Origin: a virus
Taxonomy: Duplodnaviria; Caudoviricetes
Reading direction: 5' to 3' (one strand)
IMG/VR virus record: IMGVR_UViG_3300010052_000172
Location: 1-35,926 of that record
Length of the DNA stretch: 35,926 nt
This document shows positions 9,070 through 18,411 of this stretch, piece by piece. The position numbers and the translations under genes were made by a program. Within the stretch, counting starts at the first letter, position 1. Each line of letters starts with the position of its first letter. The notes beneath the pieces were generated by a model. The model saw only the letters and a list, made by a program, of their open reading frames with translations. It was not told where the DNA came from and searched no databases.

Positions 9070-9692
9070 TAGCAATCACTTCCTTGAATCCACCACTTGC
9101 CACTCTCACCGAAGTTGACTTGAGCCCAAGAATTTTGGCTCAATGAAATGGTCGTTTTGTAGCCATTGAAGACCTTCAAGATTTGACCGGCACCCCACAC
9201 ATCGTCTTCGTCAGTCGGTCCAGCGTGATTGTCGGTCACTTTCAGGAAAGTCAGTTCGTAGCCACCCGGAGATTCATTGCCTTGCCGCTTGGGAAAGTTG
9301 ACTGAACCATTGGTGGGCCGTGCCCAATGCGGTCCCGGATGGTATTCGAAGACGTAGCAGTCCCGGCCCGGTGCTGGCGTACCCCAAACGATGGACCCTT
9401 CCAAGACATACTCAGAGCGGGACTTCGCTTCAACGGCAAAGCCCCCTTCCTCTGTGTGGTCTCCGCTACCCCAGTCCTCGTCATCTTCAAACCGGCCCTC
9501 GTCGTTCATCTTCTGAGCGACCCATGAATACTTGCCGCCCTCGCCCTCGCCGATCTTCATCCATCGGCCAGCCGTGACAGACGATCCTCTCCGCTTAGCT
9601 GGTGGCCGGTCATTCTGCGTCCAGCGTCCAACGGTCTCTACCGTGTCCCTGACTTTCTCTGCGGCTTTCGGTGTGAATGTGACTCCGGCCAT
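9069..9692 (-). CDS. Putative minor tail protein
   Basis: 207 aa; second gene after the tape measure; ends WWIQGSDC. Confidence 0.65.
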   Translation of the reverse strand: MAGVTFTPKAAEKVRDTVETVGRWTQNDRPPAKRRGSSVTAGRWMKIGEGEGGKYSWVAQKMNDEGRFEDDEDWGSGDHTEEGGFAVEAKSRSEYVLEGSIVWGTPAPGRDCYVFEYHPGPHWARPTNGSVNFPKRQGNESPGGYELTFLKVTDNHAGPTDEDDVWGAGQILKVFNGYKTTISLSQNSWAQVNFGESGKWWIQGSDC

Positions 9693-9694
9693 GG

Positions 9695-10531
9695 CTACCC
9701 GATGTTGAAGGCTGAGAATGAGGTCTCGTTGTAGACCTTGAATTCGTGAATGTGTGGAGGTCCGCCCGGCGGAACCTTCTTCCCTTTCTTGTCGAGCAAG
9801 GCCGGGTCGTTGATCTCTTTCCCTTGGACCAGAATGTTCTCCAACTTCCCGTCGTCATTCTTTTCTCTCAGGCCCGCTGAAACGATCTTCTTTTCGAAGC
9901 CGTCTGCACTGAACTGGAACTCGTACGTGACCTGCCAGTAGTACCCATAGTTGGCGTCGTACTGGCGAGCCCCGGAGATGTTCGAGACCTTGACTTGTCC
10001 CGGTCCCGCTCCCATGAACGAGTCCGAGTTCACCGTGTCTCGATAGCTGTAGGCCAAGCTTGCGTTGAAGCTGGCTTCGTTTCGGGAGTAGGAGAAGACG
10101 GGACGGGAATCGTCCCGCATGATCTCGTTGGCGAACGGGTCGCCTGCGCTGTTGACGATCGCTTCGCCGTCAACGGTCTTGTCTACCGGCCGTTCGAACT
10201 GAGCGAAGGACCATGCGACCGAGGCAGGAGCCGCCAGCGGATTCTCAGTGGGGTTCTCTTGGCCCGCTTCCGGTGGTCCATAGCTGACGGTGACAGTCCA
10301 GCCCTTGCCGTCATCGTCCTTGCAGCTTGCCGAGATGCTCTTGCAGAAGGCGAAGTTGTCGTACTCGGTTGAGGTCTCGTAGGTCTGGCCACGAGCAATG
10401 CCGACAGCTTCCCGGACAACTCCCGCTCCAATGTCAGGATCATCGGTGACGACGAGGAACGTCCGGGTGTAGGTTCGCTGGCCCTTTTCGTTGAGTTCAG
10501 ATGTGCGGGTGTAGAGTTCTGTGACTTCCAT
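9695..10531 (-). CDS. Putative distal tail/hub protein
   Basis: 278 aa, directly after the tape measure; beta-rich (YTRTFLV, WTVTVSY, NSAGDPF, WQVTYEF). Confidence 0.7.
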   Translation of the reverse strand: MEVTELYTRTSELNEKGQRTYTRTFLVVTDDPDIGAGVVREAVGIARGQTYETSTEYDNFAFCKSISASCKDDDGKGWTVTVSYGPPEAGQENPTENPLAAPASVAWSFAQFERPVDKTVDGEAIVNSAGDPFANEIMRDDSRPVFSYSRNEASFNASLAYSYRDTVNSDSFMGAGPGQVKVSNISGARQYDANYGYYWQVTYEFQFSADGFEKKIVSAGLREKNDDGKLENILVQGKEINDPALLDKKGKKVPPGGPPHIHEFKVYNETSFSAFNIG

Positions 10532-10552
10532 CCAGTATCTAGCTGGACTGGA

Positions 10553-12514
10553 TCAGAAATCCATGACGCTCCCGCCATCGGTTCCGGCCTTAGTGACCAT
10601 CTGCGTCAAGAGCCTGTTGGTCTCCCGAGCCTGTGCCACTTGTTCCTTCGTGTTCGCCTCGACCTTGTTCATCGGGTCTTTGCCGCCGATCCCACGGTTG
10701 CGCAGAATTGCCGCTCTCGCATCGTTCGATCCGAGTTCGAGTGCGTTGGCAAATGGAGACCGCTGCGCATCCTCTTTCTTGTCCTTTGTGCCAGAATCCT
10801 TGAGGGTCTTCTGTGCCTCAAGCTGAGCCCGTTGGAACGTCTCCGGATTGATCAGACCCTTGCCCAACATTTCCTTCAGCTTGAGGATTTCGCTGTTGTA
10901 CTTTTCGAGCGGGGTTCGGGTTGCCTCGATGACGTTCTTGGCTTCGGCCTTGAGGTCTTTGTCCGGGTCCACAACCTTGGTCTTGGTGGCCTCGTCCAAT
11001 GCCTTCTTGGCTTTCTCTGCGGCCCGCTGGCCCATGTCAGGGCTGAGTGCCCCACGCTGGACGAGAGCGTTGATCTTCTCCAACTCTTGCTGGTACTTCT
11101 CAAGCGGGGTCCGGTTGGCTTCCATGATGGCCTTGGCATCGGCAGCCATCTGCTCGTCCAACTTCTTCTTCTCTTCCATGGCAGCAATCTGCTTCTGGAT
11201 CGCTGAGACGTTGGCAATGACTGCGTCTGTGGCTCCCTCCTGCTTCAGCTTGTAAAGCTCGATCTGATCGGCCGTCATGCCGAACGTGGCAAGCTGGTCC
11301 TTGACCTTGTCTTGGACGGCCTGAATCTTGTCGGCGGATTTCTTCGCTTCCTCCCCGGCCTCTGCGAAGTCTGTCCCCATACCAGCCACAGCGTCCCCGG
11401 TGGACGATGCCGAGATCTTGATTGCGTCCAGCTTCTCCCCGTAGCCAGCCAGAGCGGCGACTTCTCCGCCCGCTTCACCGAATTGTTTCTTGGCCAACTC
11501 TCCAAGGTCTTTGGCGATGGCCCGCCCGGCGTCACCAAGCCCAGTTCCCATGCCGGGAATCTTACTGGTGATCCAGTCAATGGCATCCAAGATCGGCGTG
11601 AAGATCGTGGCAGCAACGTGGCCGAGTGTGGTGATCGTCGCTTGGACCGTCTTGAACGTGGCCCCCAGCAAGTTGACGCCTTTGATGACCAGCCAGACCG
11701 CTGCCTCAACCAGATAGACGCCTGCTTGGATGATCTCCCCGGTTCCGCTTCCGTTCTTGGCAAGCTGGACGAACTGCATCGAGACTCGCTCGATGGACGG
11801 TGCCAGCGCAATCGTCATTGCGTTCCCGATTCCGGTCATCGCTCCTGACGCTCGGTCCAACGCATCCTTGGCCGCTCCAACATTTGCAGCGTCGATATCG
11901 TTGAAGGCAATTCCGAGAGAAACTGCTTCATCCATCAGAGCCCGGATCGTCCCCTCACCAGCGGACAGCGTGTTCAGCAGTCCTGCGGAGCCACGGCCGA
12001 AAATTGCGACGGCGGCAGATGCTCGGTCAGCTTGGATGGGAACCTGTGAGATGGCATTGGAGATGGCGACGAATGCGTCAGCCGGGTCCATGTTCTTGAG
12101 CTTCTCTGCATCAAGGCCCAGCTTGGAGAACGCTGCCTGTGCGGTCTTCGAATCCTCACCAGCCTTCGACAGGTTGATGGACATCTTCTGGAGGGACGGA
12201 GCCAGCGCACTGGCTTCGGAGCCTGTCAGCGTGACGGCATGCTGGAGAGCGGAGAGATTTGAGGCCGTGGTTCCAAGCTGGGAAGACGTGTCGCCCAGAT
12301 CGTCCATGGCGTCGATCGTCTGACTGACCACGCTGTTGAGAGTTTGGAATGCGGTGTTCGCAGCGATGACTGCGGCGAAGCCCGTGAAGGCAGTGGCCAC
12401 TCCGCTGATCTTCGATTGGAACCCGCCGAGAAGACTTCTCGCCTTGGCGATTCCCTTCGCAAGACCGGAGGTCGAAAAACTACTGCCGATGTCGATATTG
12501 CCGATGTTTGCCAT
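10553..12514 (-). CDS. Tail tape measure protein
   Basis: 653 aa, A/G-rich helical; follows the chaperones; two RTPLEKY repeats. Confidence 0.9.
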   Translation of the reverse strand: MANIGNIDIGSSFSTSGLAKGIAKARSLLGGFQSKISGVATAFTGFAAVIAANTAFQTLNSVVSQTIDAMDDLGDTSSQLGTTASNLSALQHAVTLTGSEASALAPSLQKMSINLSKAGEDSKTAQAAFSKLGLDAEKLKNMDPADAFVAISNAISQVPIQADRASAAVAIFGRGSAGLLNTLSAGEGTIRALMDEAVSLGIAFNDIDAANVGAAKDALDRASGAMTGIGNAMTIALAPSIERVSMQFVQLAKNGSGTGEIIQAGVYLVEAAVWLVIKGVNLLGATFKTVQATITTLGHVAATIFTPILDAIDWITSKIPGMGTGLGDAGRAIAKDLGELAKKQFGEAGGEVAALAGYGEKLDAIKISASSTGDAVAGMGTDFAEAGEEAKKSADKIQAVQDKVKDQLATFGMTADQIELYKLKQEGATDAVIANVSAIQKQIAAMEEKKKLDEQMAADAKAIMEANRTPLEKYQQELEKINALVQRGALSPDMGQRAAEKAKKALDEATKTKVVDPDKDLKAEAKNVIEATRTPLEKYNSEILKLKEMLGKGLINPETFQRAQLEAQKTLKDSGTKDKKEDAQRSPFANALELGSNDARAAILRNRGIGGKDPMNKVEANTKEQVAQARETNRLLTQMVTKAGTDGGSVMDF

Positions 12515-12517
12515 ACG

Positions 12518-12844
12518 TTATGTAGGCTTCTGAGCAGCAAACATCGCATCGAGAATCGCCAAGTGTTCGCCCGCACTCTGACGCTTCTTTGGCTTGCTCC
12601 TCGTGATCGGCAGGAAGTCCTCAAGCTTCGGCTTCCGCTTCAGTTCGGGAGTGCAGTCCGCAATCGTTTTGGAGATTGCCGCCCCGATCCAGTAGGGGTC
12701 CGGCAACGGATGGATCTGGTCGTATGCCATCCACTCCGACAACTCCTCAGAGTCCATCTCATTGAGAAGTTGTCGGACGGTTTTCTTGAGATGGCCCGCC
12801 AGCTTGAATGCGAACATTCGAAGCGGGTTGGCCCTTAGACGTTT
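12518..12844 (-). CDS. Tail assembly chaperone GT extension (-1 frame)
   Basis: Open -1 frame from the slippery site; LAGHLKKTVRQLLNEMDSEELSEWMAY is typical of gpT. Confidence 0.8.
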   Translation of the reverse strand, partial: KRLRANPLRMFAFKLAGHLKKTVRQLLNEMDSEELSEWMAYDQIHPLPDPYWIGAAISKTIADCTPELKRKPKLEDFLPITRSKPKKRQSAGEHLAILDAMFAAQKPT

Positions 12845-13170
12845 CCCAGTTCGTCCACGTCCTGCTTGGTGAAGCCGTTGATACGGCAGGCCAGAGCAAA
12901 GACTCTGTCGAGAGCGGCGGCAGACTTCTTGCCGACAGCGTCCACATCTGCGGGAGAGAACAGCAATTCGCCGTTCTCATCGCAGACAGTCTGAACCGCC
13001 ATGCGTGCCCGGAAGTCTTTGTGCGGGTCTTTGAGTTGGACGCTCTCGAAAGCATCCCGCTCAGAGCCTGACATGGTGCGAACGAACACAGAGCCGCCCC
13101 ATTCGGGAACGGCCACCTCTTCTTTCTTCAGGTCGGTAGCTGTGAGAATTGAATCACGAGAGAGAGGCAT
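12835..13170 (-). CDS. Tail assembly chaperone (gpG-like)
   Basis: 111 aa; VPEWGGSVFVR, DENGELLFS; lies between major tail and tape measure. Confidence 0.88.
   Translation of the reverse strand: MPLSRDSILTATDLKKEEVAVPEWGGSVFVRTMSGSERDAFESVQLKDPHKDFRARMAVQTVCDENGELLFSPADVDAVGKKSAAALDRVFALACRINGFTKQDVDELGNV
12841..12847 (-). other. -1 programmed frameshift site G GGA AAC
   Basis: X XXY YYZ in the correct phase, one codon before the stop; the -1 frame joins ATG 12817; hairpin GAATG-TTCG-CATTC downstream. Confidence 0.85.
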
Positions 13171-13172
13171 GG

Positions 13173-13604
13173 TTATTCCTCCTCTTCCGGAGGAGCCCCT
13201 CCGCCAGCCTTGACCACGTTGCCCGTCGGCTGAATCTCAAAGCTGACCGAGACGTTGTCTTCTGGTGTGTGGCCCGAGATTTCAAACTTGGAGAGGTAGC
13301 CCGAGAACGTGTAGGTCGTCGGTGTTGCCGTGGCCACAGTGATGACCCACGTGCTCAACCCCTTGCTCGCAAGCAGCGCATAGACAGCAGCGTGCTGAGT
13401 GTCGTCTGGATCAAACCAGAGTTCGCCCGATACTGGATTGACCTTGTGCATTCCCGGCCGGTACGTGCGTCCGGTCGTGGTGCTGTTGCTCGTGGTCTCG
13501 ACCATGTCGACTTCGACGCCGATTCCGGTCAGCGTGTAGATCTCGCCGATGACGTTCGATCCAAGCTTGAGCGTTGTGCCCTTTCCTTCAATTACATTTG
13601 CCAT
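13173..13604 (-). CDS. Major tail (tube) protein
   Basis: 143 aa; GKGTTL, TYTFSGY, VSFEIQPTG; position in the operon. Confidence 0.85.
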   Translation of the reverse strand: MANVIEGKGTTLKLGSNVIGEIYTLTGIGVEVDMVETTSNSTTTGRTYRPGMHKVNPVSGELWFDPDDTQHAAVYALLASKGLSTWVITVATATPTTYTFSGYLSKFEISGHTPEDNVSVSFEIQPTGNVVKAGGGAPPEEEE

Positions 13605-13638
13605 AGATACTCCACCAAAAAGCTGTGGAGGTATCTAG
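13604..13638 (-). promoter_or_regulatory. CTAGATA motif in an inverted repeat covering the SD and start of the major tail gene
   Basis: Minus strand: C TAGATAC C TCCAC agctttttg GTGGA GTATCTA TG. Confidence 0.65.
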
Positions 13639-13649
13639 GGGTCTCGCTT

Positions 13650-14078
13650 TCAGAATTGAGGCTTGGGCTCTCGGTAGATCACCATGTAATCGCTGGCGAT
13701 GTGATGCCGCCAAACGTCAGTCCCGGCCTCCGGTGGTTCAGGCAGAACAGCGATGTTGTCCAGCAGAATGGACATGGCGTAGACATCCTCTGTCAGAGGC
13801 CCTCGATAGCCTTGCAGGACGAGCCGGATCTCTTCCGCCACGTGCTCGGCGTCCTCTGGATCTAGGCTCCACGTGTCGACCTGAATCCTCGCACGTGCCA
13901 CGCCGCTTCCGCCGTCCAAGCTGTGGTCATGAGTCTCGGAGACTCTCCACAAACTGACAGCAGGCCCGCCCCAATCGAACGTCTGCGGAAGATGGTATTT
14001 CCAGATGTTCGTCCCCACTTCATCAGTGATGGACTCAAAGCCAACGAGGTACTGGTAGACAGCGGTTTCGATACTCAT
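13650..14078 (-). CDS. Tail terminator/completion protein (DUF3168-like)
   Basis: 142 aa; ARIQVDTWS...AEEIRLVL. Confidence 0.82.
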   Translation of the reverse strand: MSIETAVYQYLVGFESITDEVGTNIWKYHLPQTFDWGGPAVSLWRVSETHDHSLDGGSGVARARIQVDTWSLDPEDAEHVAEEIRLVLQGYRGPLTEDVYAMSILLDNIAVLPEPPEAGTDVWRHHIASDYMVIYREPKPQF

Positions 14079-14090
14079 GCGAGTATCTAT

Positions 14091-14516
14091 TCAGTTGCGA
14101 TTGGCTTCCTTGAGGATGCCTTTGCCGATCTCGTCCTTGATGATCTTGGCTGCTTCCTCTTTCTTCTCGTCGAACGCTCGCCGCATGAAGCCACGGCCCG
14201 GCATCTTCGAAGTGCCCAGTTCGACGTTGGCGGCATACCACGTGGGACCGGTCCAATCCTTCTTGCCGATTCCAACCGTGACCCCGAACCGCTTCCGAGA
14301 CCGCTTGAGAGAACGAATCTTGGAGCCCGCTTCCTTCATTGCTCCCGTCTCGCCGACAGGGATGTTCTGATCGATCGCTTTCTTGATCGGCTTCATCGCT
14401 TTACGGAGTGCCGATTGGATGAGCTTCTTGGCAACCCTCGCCTCAAGGGTCTTGAGTTCAGCGAGGATCTCTTCAACGCCATCGATCGTGAACTGTGCTG
14501 CGCCCGCCTTAGCCAT
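14091..14516 (-). CDS. HK97 gp10-like neck protein
   Basis: IDGVEEI, PVGETG, WYAANVELGTSKMPGRGFMRRAFD. Confidence 0.88.
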   Translation of the reverse strand: MAKAGAAQFTIDGVEEILAELKTLEARVAKKLIQSALRKAMKPIKKAIDQNIPVGETGAMKEAGSKIRSLKRSRKRFGVTVGIGKKDWTGPTWYAANVELGTSKMPGRGFMRRAFDEKKEEAAKIIKDEIGKGILKEANRN

Positions 14517-14793
14517 GAGCCTCCCGGCAGAGGACAGTCGTTTCCTCTGCGGCAGGGTTGAAGCTGATGACGTTCACTACGTGGAGCGACCGGGAGCCAT
14601 GGCCGATGACGTCGCCCGGTCCGATGTCGTCTCGGTAGCGCAGGACAACCTCACAGGTCTTCGACTTCGGCGGCTCCGCTGTGATGCTCAGGGACTCAGT
14701 CCCTTTGACCTTCCCAATCTCCGCCCAGATCGGACCCGTCATGACGGGTCCTCGTGTGAGCATGACTTTCGATAGACAGCCTACGTTCTTCAT
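14509..14793 (-). CDS. Second head-closure/adaptor-like protein
   Basis: 94 aa; IWAEI...GTE...LRYRDDI...LCRE resembles the SPP1 gp16 family. Confidence 0.6.
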   Translation of the reverse strand: MKNVGCLSKVMLTRGPVMTGPIWAEIGKVKGTESLSITAEPPKSKTCEVVLRYRDDIGPGDVIGHGSRSLHVVNVISFNPAAEETTVLCREAHG

Positions 14794-15134
14794 TTCTTCA
14801 GTTCCTTCACTGTGAGGACAAGGGTCTTGAACTCCATGTTGACGTTGTCGGTAGCGACGATGCCGAAGACCTTTCCGTCAAAGAGAACCCGGTGTTGTTC
14901 TGTGATCTGAGTGTCCCCCCGCTTCGGATGGCGGAGCGTCACTCGGTACTGAGCGACAACTTGGACCTGCTTTCCGTTGACGGCTTCAGTGGTCCCAAGC
15001 GAATCGATCTCCGCCTTGATGACCTTGTCCGGAAACAGATTGACGTACGGTCCCTGCGTGATGGTTCCGCCCTCCGACTTCCCGTTCGTCGGCCGCTGGA
15101 TCTCGACGATTCTCTTGAACTTCCCTGCTTGCAT
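14790..15134 (-). CDS. Head closure protein (SPP1 gp16-like)
   Basis: 114 aa from MQAGKFKRIVEIQRP; YRVTLR, HRVLFDGKVFGI. Confidence 0.8.
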   Translation of the reverse strand: MQAGKFKRIVEIQRPTNGKSEGGTITQGPYVNLFPDKVIKAEIDSLGTTEAVNGKQVQVVAQYRVTLRHPKRGDTQITEQHRVLFDGKVFGIVATDNVNMEFKTLVLTVKELKK

Positions 15135-15142
15135 GGTTCCCC

Positions 15143-15721
15143 CTAGGCGTAGTAGCTCCACCGATCCAAGCTCAGCAAAGCTTGGATGCCGAGCGGAACC
15201 TCTTTGAACGTGAACGCCTCAGAAGAGAACGCTTCCCGGTTCTCGTAGTAGTGAGCAGCGAGCATGACCAACGCCGTCTGCGTCTTCTCTGGAATCGACT
15301 CATAGCCAGCCGTGTAGGTCACGGTGATGGCGTTTCGCTTGCAGCGGACCGATGGCCAGCACTTGTTGTAATCCGGGACGATGACTCCGGGAGTGGAGTA
15401 GATGTCCACTTCGTACTCATCTGGGTGCAAAGTTTGGACGGTGCCGTTCTGATCCACGTAGGTGATCGAGTCGACCTCGATCAGCGGTGGCTTCGGAATC
15501 TCGATGGCGCACGGAAAGACGTGGTCAATCCTCATCTCGAACGTGGTTGGCAACAGCGTCCGTTGCTGGAAGTTCTCGGCGTACTGCCAAGCGGCCCGAA
15601 TGACTCGGTCCAACAGGTCTTCATCCCCGTCAGTCCAGATATTCGAGTTCTCTCGAACCTGCTCGATGGAGACCGGCAGTCCTTCCGGTGGCGTGATTAT
15701 CTTCGGGTCTTTGATGCTCAT
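15143..15721 (-). CDS. Head-tail connector (gp6-like)
   Basis: 192 aa; PVSIEQVR, ITVTYTAGY, LAAHYYENRE. Confidence 0.88.
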   Translation of the reverse strand: MSIKDPKIITPPEGLPVSIEQVRENSNIWTDGDEDLLDRVIRAAWQYAENFQQRTLLPTTFEMRIDHVFPCAIEIPKPPLIEVDSITYVDQNGTVQTLHPDEYEVDIYSTPGVIVPDYNKCWPSVRCKRNAITVTYTAGYESIPEKTQTALVMLAAHYYENREAFSSEAFTFKEVPLGIQALLSLDRWSYYA

Positions 15722-15729
15722 GGAGGTAT

Positions 15730-16206
15730 CTAGCCCTCCACGGCTTTCTTCTTTCGAATCCGCTTCGGTTTCGGTGGTGGTAGCTCAAGCTCGACTCGTC
15801 CCGCTGGCATGTGCTCGGACTGGTCCAACGTCACCAGTTCAAACTCGAACGGCTTGCCCGGTGGCTTCGGCTCGTTGTCCACAACGTAGTTGGCAATGTC
15901 GTCCTCTGGCGGCAACCAGATTCGCTCACACAAAGAGACCCACTCCGGAGTCCGATCGAGGAGCGGGAACATCTTGATCCGGTTGAGGAACATGAGGACG
16001 TCATGATCGTTCTCGCCCTTGGCCCTCGCCTTCCGCAGATACTCGGAATACTCGACCGCTCGACCGACGACCAAGCCGATTCCTCTCTCCTCTAGGATCT
16101 CGGCCCGTTCTGGACTGCCAACGTCAACGAGTTCGTGAGAGTGCCAGCTTCGATTGCCGATGAAGGCAGGTTCCAGCAAGTACAAAAATTGGTTCAGTGT
16201 GCTCAT
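15730..16206 (-). CDS. Hypothetical head-region protein
   Basis: 158 aa from MSTLNQFL; start supported by CTACATA-TTTGC-ATG; basic C-terminal tail. Confidence 0.65.
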   Translation of the reverse strand: MSTLNQFLYLLEPAFIGNRSWHSHELVDVGSPERAEILEERGIGLVVGRAVEYSEYLRKARAKGENDHDVLMFLNRIKMFPLLDRTPEWVSLCERIWLPPEDDIANYVVDNEPKPPGKPFEFELVTLDQSEHMPAGRVELELPPPKPKRIRKKKAVEG

Positions 16207-16231
16207 GCAAATATGTAGAGCGTGGACGGCG

Positions 16232-16274
16232 CAAACGAACAGAGGGGAGTCAGGTTTCCCCAACTCCCCTCTGT
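16232..16274 (-). terminator. Intrinsic terminator after the major capsid gene
   Basis: 12-bp stem ACAGAGGGGAGT/ACTCCCCTCTGT followed by TCGTTT. Confidence 0.7.
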
Positions 16275-16298
16275 GATTCTTCACTCACTCAGACCGGC

Positions 16299-17582
16299 CT
16301 AGTTCGTTCGAACATCGACACACTTGGCGAAGCTTTCCGGATGGCGGAGAGCGACGTCAAGTTCCTGAAGGACGGTGATCTGGACTGCTCCCGCAGTGTC
16401 AGCCGAGTACGGGTTGACGTTCACGTCCAATCCGCCCCACATACCAACCAGAACATCGCTCCAATTTGCGAAGATCGCAGCCGAAAGGCTGGTCCCGTAT
16501 GGACCCTTGGTGAGGTTGCTTGGCAACTGGTTCGAGGCGTAAGCCTTGTAACCGTTGATCGAATCATTTTCCCAAATGAAGCGAGCGGTTGAGGACGAAA
16601 TCTCGGTGGACTTCAATTTTCCACGACCGGCCGGAGTCGTGACGTAAGCAAGGTTGCCAACGTCTGCATTGCCAGCGGCAACAGCGGTTTCCATTTCGAC
16701 GAACTTGGCGAAGGTTGGGTAAGCCGTCCCGTCTCCGATAGAGACGGTAGAGACAGAGGAGTTCTGGAGAACCCCTTCCGGCTCTGCGCCCGAGCCCGAT
16801 CCGTTGAAGATGACCCGGTCAAGCTCGTGAGCAAGGCAAGCCGTCAGATCGTCGATCACGAACTTTTCGGCGTCCATGCTTGTCTGACGCATGAATGCTC
16901 TGGTGTACTTCGTGTGCGCTCCGCAGGTCGTTGGCGACAGCGGAACCTGACCGATGGTTGGGTTGCTGGCAGTGATGGTCGAAGAGCCATCGGCACTGAT
17001 CCAGTAAGCCGTTGCTCCGCCAGTCTGCTTCGGAACCTGAATGACTCCCGACAGGTCAGACAGCATGGTCACGCCAAGCTCTGATCCGAGCATCTTCTTA
17101 CGGAGAAGTTCAATGAACGAATCGTGCTTGACGGTTTCGTCGAGAGCCCCGGCACCGGTGGTGAGATCGAGGTTGCCGTACTGGAGAGGCATGAAGAACC
17201 CTTGTGGATTCTTGCCGCTCTTCTTGGCAATCTCGGCAGAGACTTCAGCCTCAAGCCCAACCTGACGGCCGAACTCAAGCTGATTGCGGAGAGCCCGGAG
17301 AACCGAGTACCGCTTGATGTCCTTGTGGATCGGTTCAGCATCGAGAGTGCTGAAGTTCGAGATCCGGCCAGTGGATTGCTTGAGCGAGGACTCAACAACT
17401 TCCAGCTTGGCCGACTGATCACGGAGAGCCTTCAGCTTCTCCACTTCGGCGATGATGTTGTCAACGAGAGCTTGTTCGTCGGCATTGACGTCACGCCCCT
17501 CACCTTCAGCGAAGTTCGTAATCTTGCGAGCTTCCGCTACCTTTGCGGCAATCTGTTCATCGTACTGCTTGGCATTCTTCAT
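16299..17582 (-). CDS. HK97-fold major capsid protein with N-terminal delta domain
   Basis: 427 aa; coiled-coil N-terminus, NGSGSGAEPEGV, DVALRHPESF; SD GAGGAAG. Confidence 0.95.
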   Translation of the reverse strand: MKNAKQYDEQIAAKVAEARKITNFAEGEGRDVNADEQALVDNIIAEVEKLKALRDQSAKLEVVESSLKQSTGRISNFSTLDAEPIHKDIKRYSVLRALRNQLEFGRQVGLEAEVSAEIAKKSGKNPQGFFMPLQYGNLDLTTGAGALDETVKHDSFIELLRKKMLGSELGVTMLSDLSGVIQVPKQTGGATAYWISADGSSTITASNPTIGQVPLSPTTCGAHTKYTRAFMRQTSMDAEKFVIDDLTACLAHELDRVIFNGSGSGAEPEGVLQNSSVSTVSIGDGTAYPTFAKFVEMETAVAAGNADVGNLAYVTTPAGRGKLKSTEISSSTARFIWENDSINGYKAYASNQLPSNLTKGPYGTSLSAAIFANWSDVLVGMWGGLDVNVNPYSADTAGAVQITVLQELDVALRHPESFAKCVDVRTN

Positions 17583-17718
17583 TCTTCCTCAGAGGCCCAC
17601 GTGTAAAACACGAACAGCGAACGCAGTCGTATCGTGGTGCCATGTTTGTGAATGGCATCCGCCGAAACGTCCGCAGTTCGCCGCTAAGACCGTCTCAAGG
17701 ATTTGATTCTCGGAGCGA

Positions 17719-17751
17719 GGCGGGAGATCAACTACACGGTGATCTCCCGCC
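17719..17751. repeat. 12-bp perfect inverted repeat in the capsid 5' leader
   Basis: GGCGGGAGATCA-N9-TGATCTCCCGCC. Confidence 0.85.
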
Positions 17752-17769
17752 ACCACTCACTTCAATTAG

Positions 17770-18411
17770 TTAGAGTCCCGCCTCCAAAATTCTCAGCTTC
17801 GTTTTCAAAAGATTTCTTCGGATCGGTGCTGGCTTCTGACTCTGGAGATATTCCTCCAAGCTCTTCAACGCCTCTGGCGATGACTCACTCAGCGAGAAGA
17901 GTTCCGGCTTGGCTTTGTCCTGAGAGTGCAGATCAACAGTTGTGTTCTGGAAGCTTGGGTCAAACACGACCGAGACCTCTATGAGACGTCCTTTGACGTG
18001 GTCTCTCACGTGGTACTCGCCAGAGTGGTCCCACTCCCACGAGTCCGGCTCATATCCAAACGACATTCCCTTGAGGTCTTTGCGTCCAACGAGGAACGCC
18101 GTGTCCCGGCCGTCAGTCGTGTCAGGGAGATCGAGATCAAACCAGAGACCGACCTCGTCGGATCTCAACGTGAGCGAGCCGTTGCTCAACTGCCCGAGGT
18201 AGATGTCGTAGTTGTGGTCTCGATACGCCGTGACGTTCACGCCCTCTTGGCCAAGGTTGGCAAAGCTCTCTCGTGAGAACCTGTCACGGTATCCGCCTCG
18301 ATCAGATGAAATCTGATTCCACTTGGTGGCGTATCCAGACAGCTTTCCCGGAGTGCCTTCCTTGGTCTCGGAGAAGATCGAAGTTGAACAGAAATATTTT
18401 TCCATGGTCAT
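17770..18411 (-). CDS. HK97-family prohead protease
   Basis: LSGYA, DHN, DEVGLWF, GMSFGY, LIEVSVV.DP; alternative start at 18405. Confidence 0.92.
   Translation of the reverse strand: MTMEKYFCSTSIFSETKEGTPGKLSGYATKWNQISSDRGGYRDRFSRESFANLGQEGVNVTAYRDHNYDIYLGQLSNGSLTLRSDEVGLWFDLDLPDTTDGRDTAFLVGRKDLKGMSFGYEPDSWEWDHSGEYHVRDHVKGRLIEVSVVFDPSFQNTTVDLHSQDKAKPELFSLSESSPEALKSLEEYLQSQKPAPIRRNLLKTKLRILEAGL

Noticed and set aside
5979-9692. Diversity-generating retroelement acting on tail genes
   Set aside because: No reverse transcriptase and no TR/VR repeat pair noticed.
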